A stretch of DNA of 64,000 bases. It comes from Obrimoposthia wandeli. Lineage: Eukaryota. Both the position numbers and the translations under genes were made by a program. Below the pieces are notes generated by a model that worked only from the letters and a program-made list of their open reading frames with translations, did no database searches and was not told the origin of the DNA. Position 1 is the first letter of the stretch. The number at the start of each line of letters is the position of its first letter. The stretch lies in contig CDROCS010003719.1 of the NCBI GenBank assembly GCA_977020255.1, positions 372,001-436,000 on the forward strand, in the 5' to 3' direction. Shown here piece after piece: positions 33,700 to 47,660 of this stretch.

Positions 33700-34653
33700 A
33701 AATTTTAACATAATTCTTTAGATGTGTAAGCCTGAGAAAAAAAAACTTTGAACTAAATTTTCACATAGAATAGTATGTGTGTGATTACGTAATACATTCT
33801 TAACTGATAAGAGTGAACTTTAGTATAAATTTTCACATTGAATAGTGTGTGTGTGTGTTAAAAACCACATTCCTTAACTGATAAGAGTGAACTTTATCAT
33901 AAATTTTCACATAGAATAGTATGTGTGTGATTACGTAATATATTCTTAACTAATAAGAGTGAACTTAGTATAAATTTCACATAGAATAGTGTGTGTATGA
34001 TTACGTCATACATTCTTAATTGGTAAGTGTGAACTTTATCATAAATTTTCATTATGGACTAGATCACAAAAAAGAAGGGTGGAGACTAAGCCACTTGATC
34101 CTTTGAATTAGTGGTTAACCAAAAAGAAGGGTGGAGACTAGATCACAAAAAGAAGGGTGGAGACTAGATCACAAAAAGATGGGTGGAGACTAGATCACAA
34201 AAAGATGGGTGGAGACTAGATCACAAAAAGATGGGTGGAGACTAAGCCAATTGACCCTTTCATAGTGGTATATCTCAAAAAGAAGGGTGGAGACTAAGCC
34301 ACTTTACCCTTTCATAGTGGTATATCTCAAAAAGAAGGGTGGAGACTAAGCCACTTGACCCTTTAAACTATGGACGACCATAGTAGTATATCAAGGAAGG
34401 ATGGAGTCTAAGCCACTTTACCCCTCTCCTCCCCTCCCCGCCTCCCGCCTCCCTCCTAAAGGGTGTCACTCCATAAGGGTGTCACACCATAAAAGGTGTC
34501 TTGCCATACCATAAGGGTATATGTTGGGTCACCGAAGGTGAGGCAACATATACCCTTATGGTGTGGCAAGACACCTTTTATGATGTGACATCCTTATGGA
34601 GTGACACCCTTTAGGGGGGGTAAAGTGGCTTAGACTCCATCCTTCCACCTACT
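33700..34653. repeat. Right TIR of A2 (8 iterons, hairpin 34395-34646)
   Basis: Inverted match to 22477-23420. Confidence 0.92.
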
Positions 34654-35138
34654 TGTAACCTTATTTATTTAAAAAAAGCAAACACATACATTTAGATTTA
34701 TTTTATCATTGGAGTCAAAGAAAAAAAACTATCAACGAAATAATTCAAAATTATTTTCAAAAAAACAAAACTAAATATGACTGATGATGCATTCTCATGG
34801 AGGGTATCTACTTCCGAGTTTGGTGCTCAATGATGCTAGGGTTTCCATCACTCCAGAAACAAAGAAAACATGGTTTTCCCTATGCTCCGGCATTTCCTTC
34901 TAGAGAAATGGTTTAATCAGCTTCATTTTCTCTTCCAATGAACAGCTGCTCTTCATTGTGTGGGCTACCATAGTATAAATACTGACAAGATATGAAAAAT
35001 GTTTTCTTCTTATATACTCTTCTTGAACTATTTAATTGGCTTAACATATTTACATATATCGACATTTAGTTACGTGATATACAAACTTGCATATGAAAGG
35101 TCATATTTACACATTAACATATATCGACATTTAGTTAC

Positions 35139-38100
35139 GTGATATACAAACTTGCATATGAAAGGTCATATTTACACATTAACATTAAAATTGTTTATAG
35201 TTGATAAAAATTCATTTAGACAAATTTATTTTGTCCATATAATCGTTTAAAATGTATTAAATACTATTTTCTTTTAAATTAAAAATACTGTTGTTGATTA
35301 TAATTTAAAGTTTAATATATTTAATTGATTATATTCATATTTGCAACTGTGTACAAAATTGATACAATGTAAAATATATAGAATATAAAAATAATCAATC
35401 GAGCTGATAATTCTAACAATAAAATAGTAAATTAATTATTTAAATGTAGACTAAAATTGTACATTAAGTAGTAAAGAAATATAAAGAAAAATCAATTATT
35501 TCATAATATTTGAAATTTTGATTTTTATATTTCATGCACATGCTAAATATTAATACTAATTCCAACATCACGTGGCATTGACTTATACGCGAGCGCCATT
35601 GTAACATTTTGCGCAAACAGCTATATCGTGATATACAAACTTGCATATGAAAGGTCATATTTACACATTAACATTAAAATTGTTTATAGTTGATAAAAAT
35701 TCATTTAGACAAATCTATTTTGTCCATATAATCGTTTAAAATGTATTAAATACTATTTTCTTTTAAAATAAAAAATACTGTTGTTGATTATAATTTAAAG
35801 TTTAATATATTTAATTAATTATATTCATATTTGCAACTGTGTACAAAATTGATACAATGTAAAATATATAGAATATAAAAATAATCAATCGAGCTGATAA
35901 TTCTAACAATAAAATAGTAAATTAATTATTTAAATGTAGACTAAAATTGTACATTAAGTAGTAAAGAAATATAAAGAAAAATCAATTATTTCATAATATT
36001 TGAAATTTTGATTTTTATATTTCATGCACATGCTAAATATTAATACTAATTCCAACATCACGTGGCATTGACTTATACGCGAGCGCCATTGTAACATTTT
36101 GCGCAAACAGCTATATCGTGATATACAAACTTGCATATGAAAGGTCATATTTACACATTAACATTAAAATTGTTTATAGTTGATAAAAATTCATTTAGAC
36201 AAATTTATTTTGTCCATATAATCGTTTAAAATGTATTAAATACTATTTCTTTTAAATTAAAAATACTGTTGTTGATTATAATTTAAAGTTTAATATATTT
36301 AATTGATTATATTCATATTTGCAACTGTGTACAAAATTGATACAATGTAAAATATATAGAATATAAAAATAATCAATCGAGCTGATAATTCTAACAATAA
36401 AATAGTAAATTAATTATTTAAATGTAGACTAAAATTGTACATTAAGTAGTAAAGAAATATAAAGAAAAATCAATTATTTCATAATATTTGAAATTTTGAT
36501 TTTTATATTTCATGCACATGCTAAATATTAATACTAATTCCAACATCACGTGGCATTGACTTATACGCGAGCGCCATTGTAACATTTTGCGCAAACAGCT
36601 ATATCGTGATATACAAACTTGCATATGAAAGGTCATATTTACACATTAACATTAAAATTGTTTATAGTTGATAAAAATTCATTTAGACAAATTTATTTTG
36701 TCCATATAATCGTTTAAAATGTATTAAATACTATTTTCTTTTAAAATAAAAAATACTGTTGTTGATTATAATTTAAAGTTTAATATATTTAATTGATTAT
36801 ATTCATATTTGCAACTGTGTACAAAATTGATACAATGTAAAATATATAGAATATAAAAATAATCAATCGAGCTGATAATTCTAACAATAAAATAGTAAAT
36901 AATTTATTTAAATGTAGACTAAAATTGTACATTAAGTAGTAAAGAAATATAAAGAAAAATCAATTATTTCATAATATTTGAAATTTTGATTTTTATATTT
37001 CATGCACATGCTAAATATTAATACTAATTCCAACATCACGTGGCATTGACTTATACGCGAGCGCTATTGTAACATTTTGCACAAACAGCTATATCGTGAT
37101 ATACAAACTTGCATATGAAAGGTCATATTTACACATTAACATTAAAATTGTTTATAGTTGATAAAAATTCATTTAGACAAATTTATTTTGTCCATATAAT
37201 CGTTTAAAATGTATTAAATACTATTTTCTTTTAAAATAAAAATACTGTTGTTGATTATAATTTAAAGTTTAATATATTTAATTGATTATATTCATATTTG
37301 CAACTGTGTACAAAATTGATACAATGTAAAATATATAGAATATAAAAATAATCAATCGAGCTGATAATTCTAACAATAAAATAGTAAATTAATTATTTAA
37401 ATGTAGACTAAAATTGTACATTAAGTAGTAAAGAAATATAAAGAAAAATCAATTATTTCATAATATTTGAAATTTTGATTTTTATATTTCATGCACATGC
37501 TAAATATTAATACTAATTCCAACATCACGTGGCATTGACTTATACGCGAGCGCTATTGTAACATTTTGCACAAACAGCTATATCGTGATATACAAACTTG
37601 CATATGAAAGGTAATAATTTACACATTAACATTAAAATTGTTTATAGTTGATAAAAATTCATTTAGACAAATTTATTTTGTCCATATAATCGTTTAAAAT
37701 GTATTAAATACTATTTTCTTTTAAAATAAAAATACTGTTGTTGATTATAATTTAAAGTTTAATATATTTAATTGATTATATTCATATTTGCAACTGTGTA
37801 CAAAATTGATACAATGTAAAATATATAGAATATAAAAATAATCAATCGAGCTGATAATTCTAACAATAAAATAGTAAATAATTTATTTAAATGTAGACTA
37901 AAATTGTACATTAAGTAGTAAAGAAATATAAAGAAAAATCAATTATTTCATAATATTTGATATTTTGATTTTTATATTTCATGCACATGCTAAATATTAA
38001 TACTAATTCCAACATCACGTGGCATTGACTTATACGCGAGCGCTATTGTAACATTTTGCACAAACAGCTATATCGTGATATACAAACTTGCATATGAAAG

Positions 38101-40513
38101 GTAATAATTTACACATTAACATTAAAATTGTTTATAGTTGATAAAAATTCATTTAGACAAATTTATTTTGTCCATATAATCGTTTAAAATGTATTAAATA
38201 CTATTTTCTTTTAAAATAAAAAATACTGTTGTTGATTATAATTTAAAGTTTAATATATTTAATTGATTATATTCATATTTGCAACTGTGTACAAAATTGA
38301 TACAATGTAAAATATATAGAATATAAAAATAATCAATCGAGCTGATAATTCTAACAATAAAATAGTAAATTAATTATTTAAATGTAGACTAAAATTGTAC
38401 ATTAAGTAGTAAAGAAATATAAAGAAAAATCAATTATTTCATAATATTTGAAATTTTGATTTTTATATTTCATGCACATGCTAAATATTAATACTAATTC
38501 CAACATCACGTGGCATTGACTTATACGCGAGCGCCATTGTAACATTTTGCGCAAACAGCTATATCGTGATATACAAACTTGCATATGAAAGGTCATATTT
38601 ACACATTAACATTAAAATTGTTTATAGTTGATAAAAATTCATTTAGACAAATTTATTTTGTCCATATAATCGTTTAAAATGTATTAAATACTATTTTCTT
38701 TTAAATTAAAAATACTGTTGTTGATTATAATTTAAAGTTTAATATATTTAATTGATTATATTCATATTTGCAACTGTGTACAAAATTGATACAATGTAAA
38801 ATATATAGAATATAAAAATAATCAATCGAGCTGATAATTCTAACAATAAAATAGTAAATAATTTATTTAAATGTAGACTAAAATTGTACATTAAGTAGTA
38901 AAGAAATATAAAGAAAAATCAATTATTTCATAATATTTGAAATTTTGATTTTTATATTTCATGCACATGCTAAATATTAATACTAATTCCAACATCACGT
39001 GGCATTGACTTATACGCGAGCGCTATTGTAACATTTTGCACAAACAGCTATATCGTGATATACAAACTTGCATATGAAAGGTAATAATTTACACATTAAC
39101 ATTAAAATTGTTTATAGTTGATAAAAATTCATTTAGACAAATTTATTTTGTCCATATAATCGTTTAAAATGTATTAAATACTATTTTCTTTTAAATTAAA
39201 AATACTGTTGTTGATTATAATTTAAAGTTTAATATATTTAATTGATTATATTCATATTTGCAACTGTGTACAAAATTGATACAATGTAAAATATATAGAA
39301 TATAAAAATAATCAATCGAGCTGATAATTCTAACAATAAAATAGTAAATTAATTATTTAAATGTAGACTAAAATTGTACATTAAGTAGTAAAGAAATATA
39401 AAGAAAAATCAATTATTTCATAATATTTGAAATTTTGATTTTTATATTTCATGCACATGCTAAATATTAATACTAATTCCAACATCACGTGGCATTGACT
39501 TATACGCGAGCGCCATTGTAACATTTTGCGCAAACAGCTATATCGTGATATACAAACTTGCATATGAAAGGTCATATTTACACATTAACATTAAAATTGT
39601 TTATAGTTGATAAAAATTCATTTAGACAAATTTATTTTGTCCATATAATCGTTTAAAATGTATTAAATACTATTTTCTTTTAAATTAAAAATACTGTTGT
39701 TGATTATAATTTAAAGTTTAATATATTTAATTGATTATATTCATATTTGCAACTGTGTACAAAATTGATACAATGTAAAATATATAGAATATAAAAATAA
39801 TCAATCGAGCTGATAATTCTAACAATAAAATAGTAAATAATTTATTTAAATGTAGACTAAAATTGTACATTAAGTAGTAAAGAAATATAAAGAAAAATCA
39901 ATTATTTCATAATATTTGAAATTTTGATTTTTATATTTCATGCACATGCTAAATATTAATACTAATTCCAACATCACGTGGCATTGACTTATACGCGAGC
40001 GCCATTGTAACATTTTGCGCAAACAGCTATATCGTGATATACAAACTTGCATATGAAAGGTCATATTTACACATTAACATTAAAATTGTTTATAGTTGAT
40101 AAAAATTCATTTAGACAAATTTATTTTGTCCATATAATCGTTTAAAATGTATTAAATACTATTTTCTTTTAAATTAAAAATACTGTTGTTGATTATAATT
40201 TAAAGTTTAATATATTTAATTGATTATATTCATATTTGCAACTGTGTACAAAATTGATACAATGTAAAATATATAGAATATAAAAATAATCAATCGAGCT
40301 GATAATTCTAACAATAAAATAGTAAATAATTTATTTAAATGTAGACTAAAATTGTACATTAAGTAGTAAAGAAATATAAAGAAAAATCAATTATTTCATA
40401 ATATTTGAAATTTTGATTTTTATATTTCATGCACATGCTAAATATTAATACTAATTCCAACATCACGTGGCATTGACTTATACGCGAGCGCCATTGTAAC
40501 ATTTTGCGCAAAC
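35139..40513. repeat. Tandem satellite, 11 copies of a ~489-bp AT-rich unit
   Basis: Unit starts at about 35139, 35627, 36117 ... 40033. Two recurring sequence variants. A 61-bp partial duplication sits at the left edge. Confidence 0.97.
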
Positions 40514-42529
40514 ACACATATATCGGCATCATGCCAACCGGAGCATCGCATAAACCGTATAGCTGTCATGACAGCCATGTGTGACATAATACGTTTATAC
40601 AACTGTCGCGGCAACTAGTAATTACGTAATAATGCACATCCGATTCATTTAAGCAGAAGGATGTTCATCGTACTTTGCCTTGTGCCAGAAATTAGATGCT
40701 CTACTATCGTAAATAATCCAAAATATACTAGAATCTGATGTTTGTGATAATGCCACCTTCAATTCAGGCTATTTGTTTTAGGATTTAAACGTTTTTCTCA
40801 AACAAATTTATCCGACATTGCAGGTTCTGCCTACCAAAGTTTACTCACTGGGTATTCGTATCAAATAGTAATAAATTAGTATTAAAATTTAAAAAATGCT
40901 AAATAAAGATTGGTTTCAAACTTCATAAAGAAATTAAGTCAATGACATACAATTTATTACAAGCTATTTTAAAATATTTTTATTTCACGAAATCATATTT
41001 TTGTACAACATACATTAAAAGGGATCAAGTAGAGCAATTAGTTGGCAGTCAATTTTTTTATATGAATTTGAAATTCTTTTAGAATATCAAAATTGTTAAA
41101 GAAGAATAAAATTTATTAAGGTCATCGATATTTCGATTACAAATTTTAAGAGGTGATGGTGATCACTATCTAATTAAAAGTTTTCAGTTGCAATATTCAT
41201 TTTATTAACATATTTTTCAACTGAGATTTTTTAATTTGTATTTCGATAATTTACTTCAAATCTTTAATAAGCTACATTTTCAATACCATTTTTATCTTTT
41301 CAAACAGTATATATGGAAAAGACATCATTTAGAACGTAGAAAACTGTTAATATGTACACTAATCCCATTTCAAAAATTGACTAAATTGATTGATATTAAT
41401 TTTAAAGGTTGTGCACATATGATCATGTATTTTAAGCACTGCAATTTCATCTCAATCTGAAAGTCTCACCATCAAATCTGAAATGTTGTATTACAGCAGT
41501 ATAAAATTAATTATGTTAAACAGTATAAAATTAATATCGATTTCTAATTATCCATTGATATATTTTTATCAACTTCAATCGTATTTTTAATTATACTGAA
41601 GGCAATAATTTTTCATAATTTTAATTTTTTTATTTATTATTGAAGTATATACAAAATATAAAGTGTTTATATTATTTATGGTTGTATTTGTCATTGTTAA
41701 TAATATTTTGTATATCGCATATTTTCTAAAATTCAAAACTTCAAAGTGCCAATGATATCTAATTTTTTTAAAAACAATAAAATGTAGAAATATTTTTATG
41801 CATTCAGAAGAAATAAGATATTTGGTCAATTTAAATGATAGAAATAAAAAAAACGTTTAAAGAAATCGGGGAAATTTTTAATTGATGCATTTGTTCAGTT
41901 CAAAATCTTTTGAAATATGAATTAAAGACTCAAAAAGTATTGTGGAAGAAAAAAATCATCAATAAACGTTTATATATGAGAATTAAACTTTTCATTCTAC
42001 TGAACAACAAAATTGGTTATAAAGTGACAGCGAAGACGATAATATAAGAATTTTCCCTTTCAAGGGACAGAAGAAATATGAATTATTTGTTGGAGAAACT
42101 TACATTTAGAAATATTAAGATAGCACAAAAAATTAAATTGACCAAACAACAAATATAAAAAGAACAGATAGGATTTCATTATGGATAAATCAAGGTCAAC
42201 TGTTTTTACAAATGAAAAGCGTTTCACTCTAGATGGGCCAGATAATTGGTATACGTGTATTTTATTTAGGTACACAGGCGAAATAATGTTATGATGAAAT
42301 TAATGATTGTAGACAGTGTAGAGGGAGCCATTATGATATGATATATTATTACTCAAAATGGCCTCTTATATATTAGAACAATTAAAGGTAAATTTAAAGC
42401 CAACAATCATGTAAATTTATAGGAAAACTTTGCCTTGCCATTAATGAAATTAAATAAGGGAAAACAATTTTCAATTGCAAGTGCGTACGGCTAATATTAA
42501 AAAAAATTGAGAAACATCAAATCGAAAAT

Positions 42530-42655
42530 GTTCAATGGCATTCGAGATAACCGGATTTAAATGTTATTGAAAATATTTGGAAAGTGTTATCAGATATTGT
42601 ATATGTTGAAAACCAACCAAAGAATTTAAAGGAACTCAAAAGAAAGATCTTCGAT
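42530..42655 (+). pseudogene. Tc1/mariner transposase C-terminal remnant
   Basis: W...PDLNVIENIWKVLSDIVY...PKNLKELKRKI. Confidence 0.7.
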
Positions 42656-42909
42656 CCCAGTTCATGGACAGGCTGGCCAATTTACTGGTTCAACAATATA
42701 TGGACGAAAAGAAGCCATTATCCGTCTTGGCAATTCTTCTCAAACGCATCACAGAATCAAAATGCCAATATTGTGTAAATGCACAAGTAAACCGCAGAAA
42801 ACGAGTTAGGCTAAATGATATTGAAACACGTTGCAGAAAATGTCGCAGATTCATTTGCAAAGAACATAGATATGACTTTTCAGTTTGTAAAACTTGTGGT
42901 TTTCAATAA
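42656..42909 (+). pseudogene. piggyBac-type transposase C-terminal cysteine-rich domain
   Basis: CQYC...CRKCRRFICKEH....CKTC followed by a stop. Confidence 0.7.
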
Positions 42910-45900
42910 ATATTTGAAATCGTCTTTCTTCGTTTTTTGTATCGGTTTATTTCTCGATTTATCAACATTTTTTATTATGATATATTTTAATAATTTTTCT
43001 CATTAGACATTATATATTTACAAAAAAATTGTTTTTTAATTTAAAAAAAAAATCACATGACCATTTTTGTAATTTGAATGATATTCATTCTAATGTTTTT
43101 TGTCCAGAAATTCATTTGTTTTATCAAAACTTAAAAACGATATTTCTTCTTTTTGAAAACGGAATATTTTACTTTTAGTACAGGAATATATTAGATGTAA
43201 GTTTATTTTTACGTAAATAAAGTTTATTTTCATTTCAGATTAATTTTCAAAATTGCACGATTCTCGGGTTAATATCATAAACAGTGAAAAAAAGGATATT
43301 ATTGTTAACTTATATAACAATTATTTTTCTCGATTAATAAGTGTATTAATGTCAGGAGGAAAAATTTAGAAAAATATTTAAAAAATCATATTTGTCTTTT
43401 TATGAAAAGTTATTAACCACTTTGAAGTTTCAAATTTTAGGAAATTAAATTAAAATTATGTAATATATTAAAACAAAAGATTTTTAATAATGACAAATAC
43501 AAACTTAAATATATCAAAAACTATATATTTTAGGTATTCTTGAAGAATTAATAACAACAAAAAATATGAAAAGTTATTGCCTTCAGTATATAAGTTAAAA
43601 GTATTCTCAAGAAATGCATAACTTAATTTTTGTTTCATTTAGTTTTATATTTCTGATGATATTCTTCATTTAAAACAGAAGTCAAGAAGTTATTTTAGAA
43701 AATATTCGGTAAACTTTCCATTTCACAATTTTAAAAGGAAATTATCCGAAAATAAACTATTTTGCATGCATTTAAACTATATTAAGTTAATTACTAGGAA
43801 TTAAAGTTGTTACATATATTTTGAATCGTAGCCAAAAAATACTAAAAAGTGTAACTTTCACTAAATATAATATTTTGAAAGTTTTACATTGATACAAAAA
43901 TACCAATGGATAAATCTATATCAATTTGGCACCAATAGCAAATACAACTGCTACTATAAACTTTTCAAAGTTCATAACAATATCAGGATTGTTACAGTTT
44001 CTTATATCAATCGGTAGATTGTTGTAAAGATTCGGAGTATAAATTTCAAATTTCTGCCATAATCGTTGATCCGAAGATGATAATATGGCGTCACATCTTT
44101 TAAAAATATACTAACATTATTATGCTGAAGTTTTATTTTGTATCTTTTTAAATTCTGAATCTCATTGCATATTTTAAATAACAAATATTTAATTTTTTTA
44201 TTAACGAAATCAAATTAAATTACAAATAAATCAAAAGCTGAATTGAGGTGTGAATATTATTATACTGGACCATTCGTTGATTTTCAATTCAATAAGTAAA
44301 AATTACCAAAATACATTGTATATAAATGTTCACTGTACTAGGCTTGAGAAGATGATGTACATATTTGGATAAATCTAGCTTCATTAAGTGTTCACATGTA
44401 CTAGCACTTTTCCTTTAATCAATGGTTAATCTTATGCTATTTCCTAATTTGTTAAAGGCTTTCAAATTATTTGTGCCACAATTTTGGACCTTAAAAATAT
44501 TCACTTTTATCATTTTAAAACATTTAAACTTAGCATCGAACTAAGAAGTGTTCTCTTTCAAGCATATATACTGCTCCCTCGTGTGCCCCACCAAAACGCA
44601 TTAGCAAATTCCGAGAACCACATGGGTATGTTGTATCTTCACATCGCTGCAAAAAATCACCTAGATGGAGCAGCAAGTGGTACAGTGGTAAGACCCAGCT
44701 TACAGGCCTTCTCACCAACAGTCTCCAAATTTTAACGTTTATGAGTTTTGATGTTTACATCATTCTTGTGGTCAGTCTGATGCGTCGTGTTTATAAAATA
44801 TTGCAAATATTAATAGAGATGAATTTTAAATCTTGATTTTAATACATTCAATTCAACTAATGCCATCTTGAAATTGAAAAAATCCGAAATTAGGAAAGAA
44901 CTACGTCATATACACATTTATTTACATTAAATGAACAGAAACTGTTTCTAAAATATTTTTATGCTTAATTTTGCTACTTTCTTTTTACTAGACATTGATT
45001 CAATAAGTTTACTAAGGTTTCCTGTATATCAGCGTCATGATTTCAATAATAACTTATTCTAGATACGAACTGCTATTTTGATACATTTTCACATTTTCAA
45101 CAATATCTTTATATACTATGCATTTTCAAAATTGTTAAGATCTGGGCTATTTTTGTTTAAATATGGTCTTGTATGTATGTCTGAGAGATTGAACATGTAC
45201 AAATATGTCGTCTTTTCCTTTAGGATGCCATCATATCCGTCTCTTCAATCGACTCTTCAAAACTGTCAAGTACTTCTTTTTTTCATGGTACTCCCTAACA
45301 AATGGAAATGGAACTAGTTTTCGGCTCTATTACTTTTGCCAATACTGTAGATTATATATTGCTATTTGTATTTTGTAAATTTAATAGGAACATTTATATA
45401 TGTCTTGGTATATTAAAATTATATGAAGATTATACGTCTATCACAAACATGTTGTATTTGTATCAATCCATTTTTCCCCGTACAACACATTTATAAAAGG
45501 TAAATACATTGTTTTTGTTATTAAAATAAAATGTTAGTATTTTACTTAATTTTTTTTTTAAATCTGAAAAACAATGAAATAAATATTAATACTTTTTATG
45601 AAGTTAAAACCCTTGCAGATATTTTTGCACTGTTTTATACGATATCATTCATGAGCATATAACAAAAAAATTGGCCAAAATAATCAAAATATTATCAACT
45701 TTATGGTGCCAACGTGCTAAAGATTATTTTTACTGTTTTTCTTTTAGATTTTACAGCTGAAAGAGATCTTGAGACACAGGAAGCAGTTGTCATGAGATAG
45801 TTCTGTATACCCTAACTCACCGAAAAGAGTCCTCCTCAGCTTGCAGCAGTTCATTGTCGATAGCATAAAGAGAAGCCGGTCAAATCGATGAGAAAATTGT

Positions 45901-47434
45901 GACCGAACTCGAGACGATTTCTCGCAGGAATTGCCGATTAAAGGCCTGTATTGGTTGTCTGCGGTGCTGTCTGGTCTGTGATTGGCTGCTCCCGGGAGCT
46001 TGAAGGTCATACACAGTCCATGGACTGTGGGTGGGTGTGTGCATATGCAAATGGGACACCCGCGCCAATTACACCCCTCTCAATGTTGTGTGAGTCGACT
46101 CGCTGTTTCCTATGGAGATTGATGAGCCTGGACTCTGCTCCTAGAAGATGCATTATCGGTAAATAATTACAGGGAGGAATGTATAAAAATAAAGGGTTTA
46201 TTGAAGTCATGCTTGTTTTATAACCGTTTTATGAGTGGATAATAAAATATATTATAAAGAATTTGCCATTTTTATAGTATAAAGGTAATTTTTTAAAGGA
46301 ATTTTAAATGATAAATTGGGATTGAATGTAATCCGGTTGATGGACAATTCTGTACTTTGATATGTTTTATAACATTTCAGTATACTCTAAGTGTTATTCA
46401 CAGAACTACACATATTTTTATGTCTAAGATTCTAGAGCTGATTCTGAGTAATTATGTCATGGCAATTACAAAATATCATCCATTTTGATCCATCATGTCT
46501 TGTTATGGCAATATGTGACTAGTTTTTTTGTATTGAAATAGTAAACATTCATCATGATGATTGTTACTTTTTGTACCATTAACTAGACTGAAATCAATCT
46601 AAAAACCGAAAAAGCATTTATTTACCCCAATTTTGATTCTGCAATGCGTCCAGTTGCACATATTATGATAATTTTTATTCCCCAACCTCTTTATCAAGAA
46701 GAATTAAATAATTTGTTAGAAAATTTTATTTTTTAAGCTACAGAAGTTGCCGAACTGTTGTCTTCAAAGGTCAAGAAAACTCAAAAGTTGCCACAAAAGT
46801 TGCCACCCCAAATTATTAGTATTTTGAACTACATTTCTTAAACGTATTAAAACATATATAAAATGCCGCTAAAGTTGAAAAATATGAATGCAAAATACAA
46901 AACTCCCGTTCTTTTTTTGTTTTCTTGTTATTTTAGTTTGAAGATTTCCTTAGACTTGTCATTAAAAATCTGAAAGACCATATCTCACTTGAAATCCTAT
47001 CCATGAGGAATTACAAGAAAAATATAAATCAGAAAAAACAAAAATGAGGATGAATATTTGGAAAAAGTACCAGAAAATTGGTATTAGTAATGAGAAACCA
47101 ATCAAATTGCTGAAAAAAATTCATCCAGAACCGTTCAGAGAATTTGGATAAAATATGTTTTAATATGTTATAAAACCCTTATAAAACTATATCTTACCAT
47201 AAAAAATAAGAAGCTTACATGGACCAATGACATTTTTAATATAAACATTCGCATTTTGGTATTCAATTGTATTCAGTGATGAATTTAATTTTTAATATTT
47301 CGAGAAATCAAGAAACTCGTAATTCAAAAACGAAAAGGTGAAAAAAGAAAATTGGTCTTTCAACCTGCAATCAAACATACACCTCATATTTATGTGTGGG
47401 AATATATGAATTTTAATGGAATAAGAATTAAAAA

Positions 47435-47660
47435 TTGATAAATAGAACCATATATGCTGTAAAATACCAAGCAATATTAGAAGATATTGAAACGAATTCA
47501 ATATGCATTTTTTCGAACTGTGAATTTATTACTCAACATGTGAATTTATTAGCAACACCCCATAGACCAACTAATGCTTCGAATATGTTGTTAAATAAAA
47601 ATAGTCAAGTTTTTAGTTGGCCAGGTAATTTTTCAGATCTGTAGAACTCAAAACTCAATT
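47435..47660 (+). pseudogene. Tc1-like transposase remnant
   Basis: YQAILE...WPGNFSDL, resembling WPGNSPDLN. Confidence 0.4.

Larger units (their letters stand above)
22477..34653. mobile_element. Complete Maverick/Polinton copy A2, 12,177 bp, TSD TGTAAC
   Basis: Ends AGTAGGTGGAAGG...CCTTCCACCTACT. TGTAAC at 22471-22476 and 34654-34659. TIRs of about 950 bp. Full core gene set. Confidence 0.97.

Noticed and set aside
35464-40064. Six identical 64-aa ORFs (MTFHMQVC...)
   Set aside because: By-product of the satellite unit. No motif, and broken in several units.
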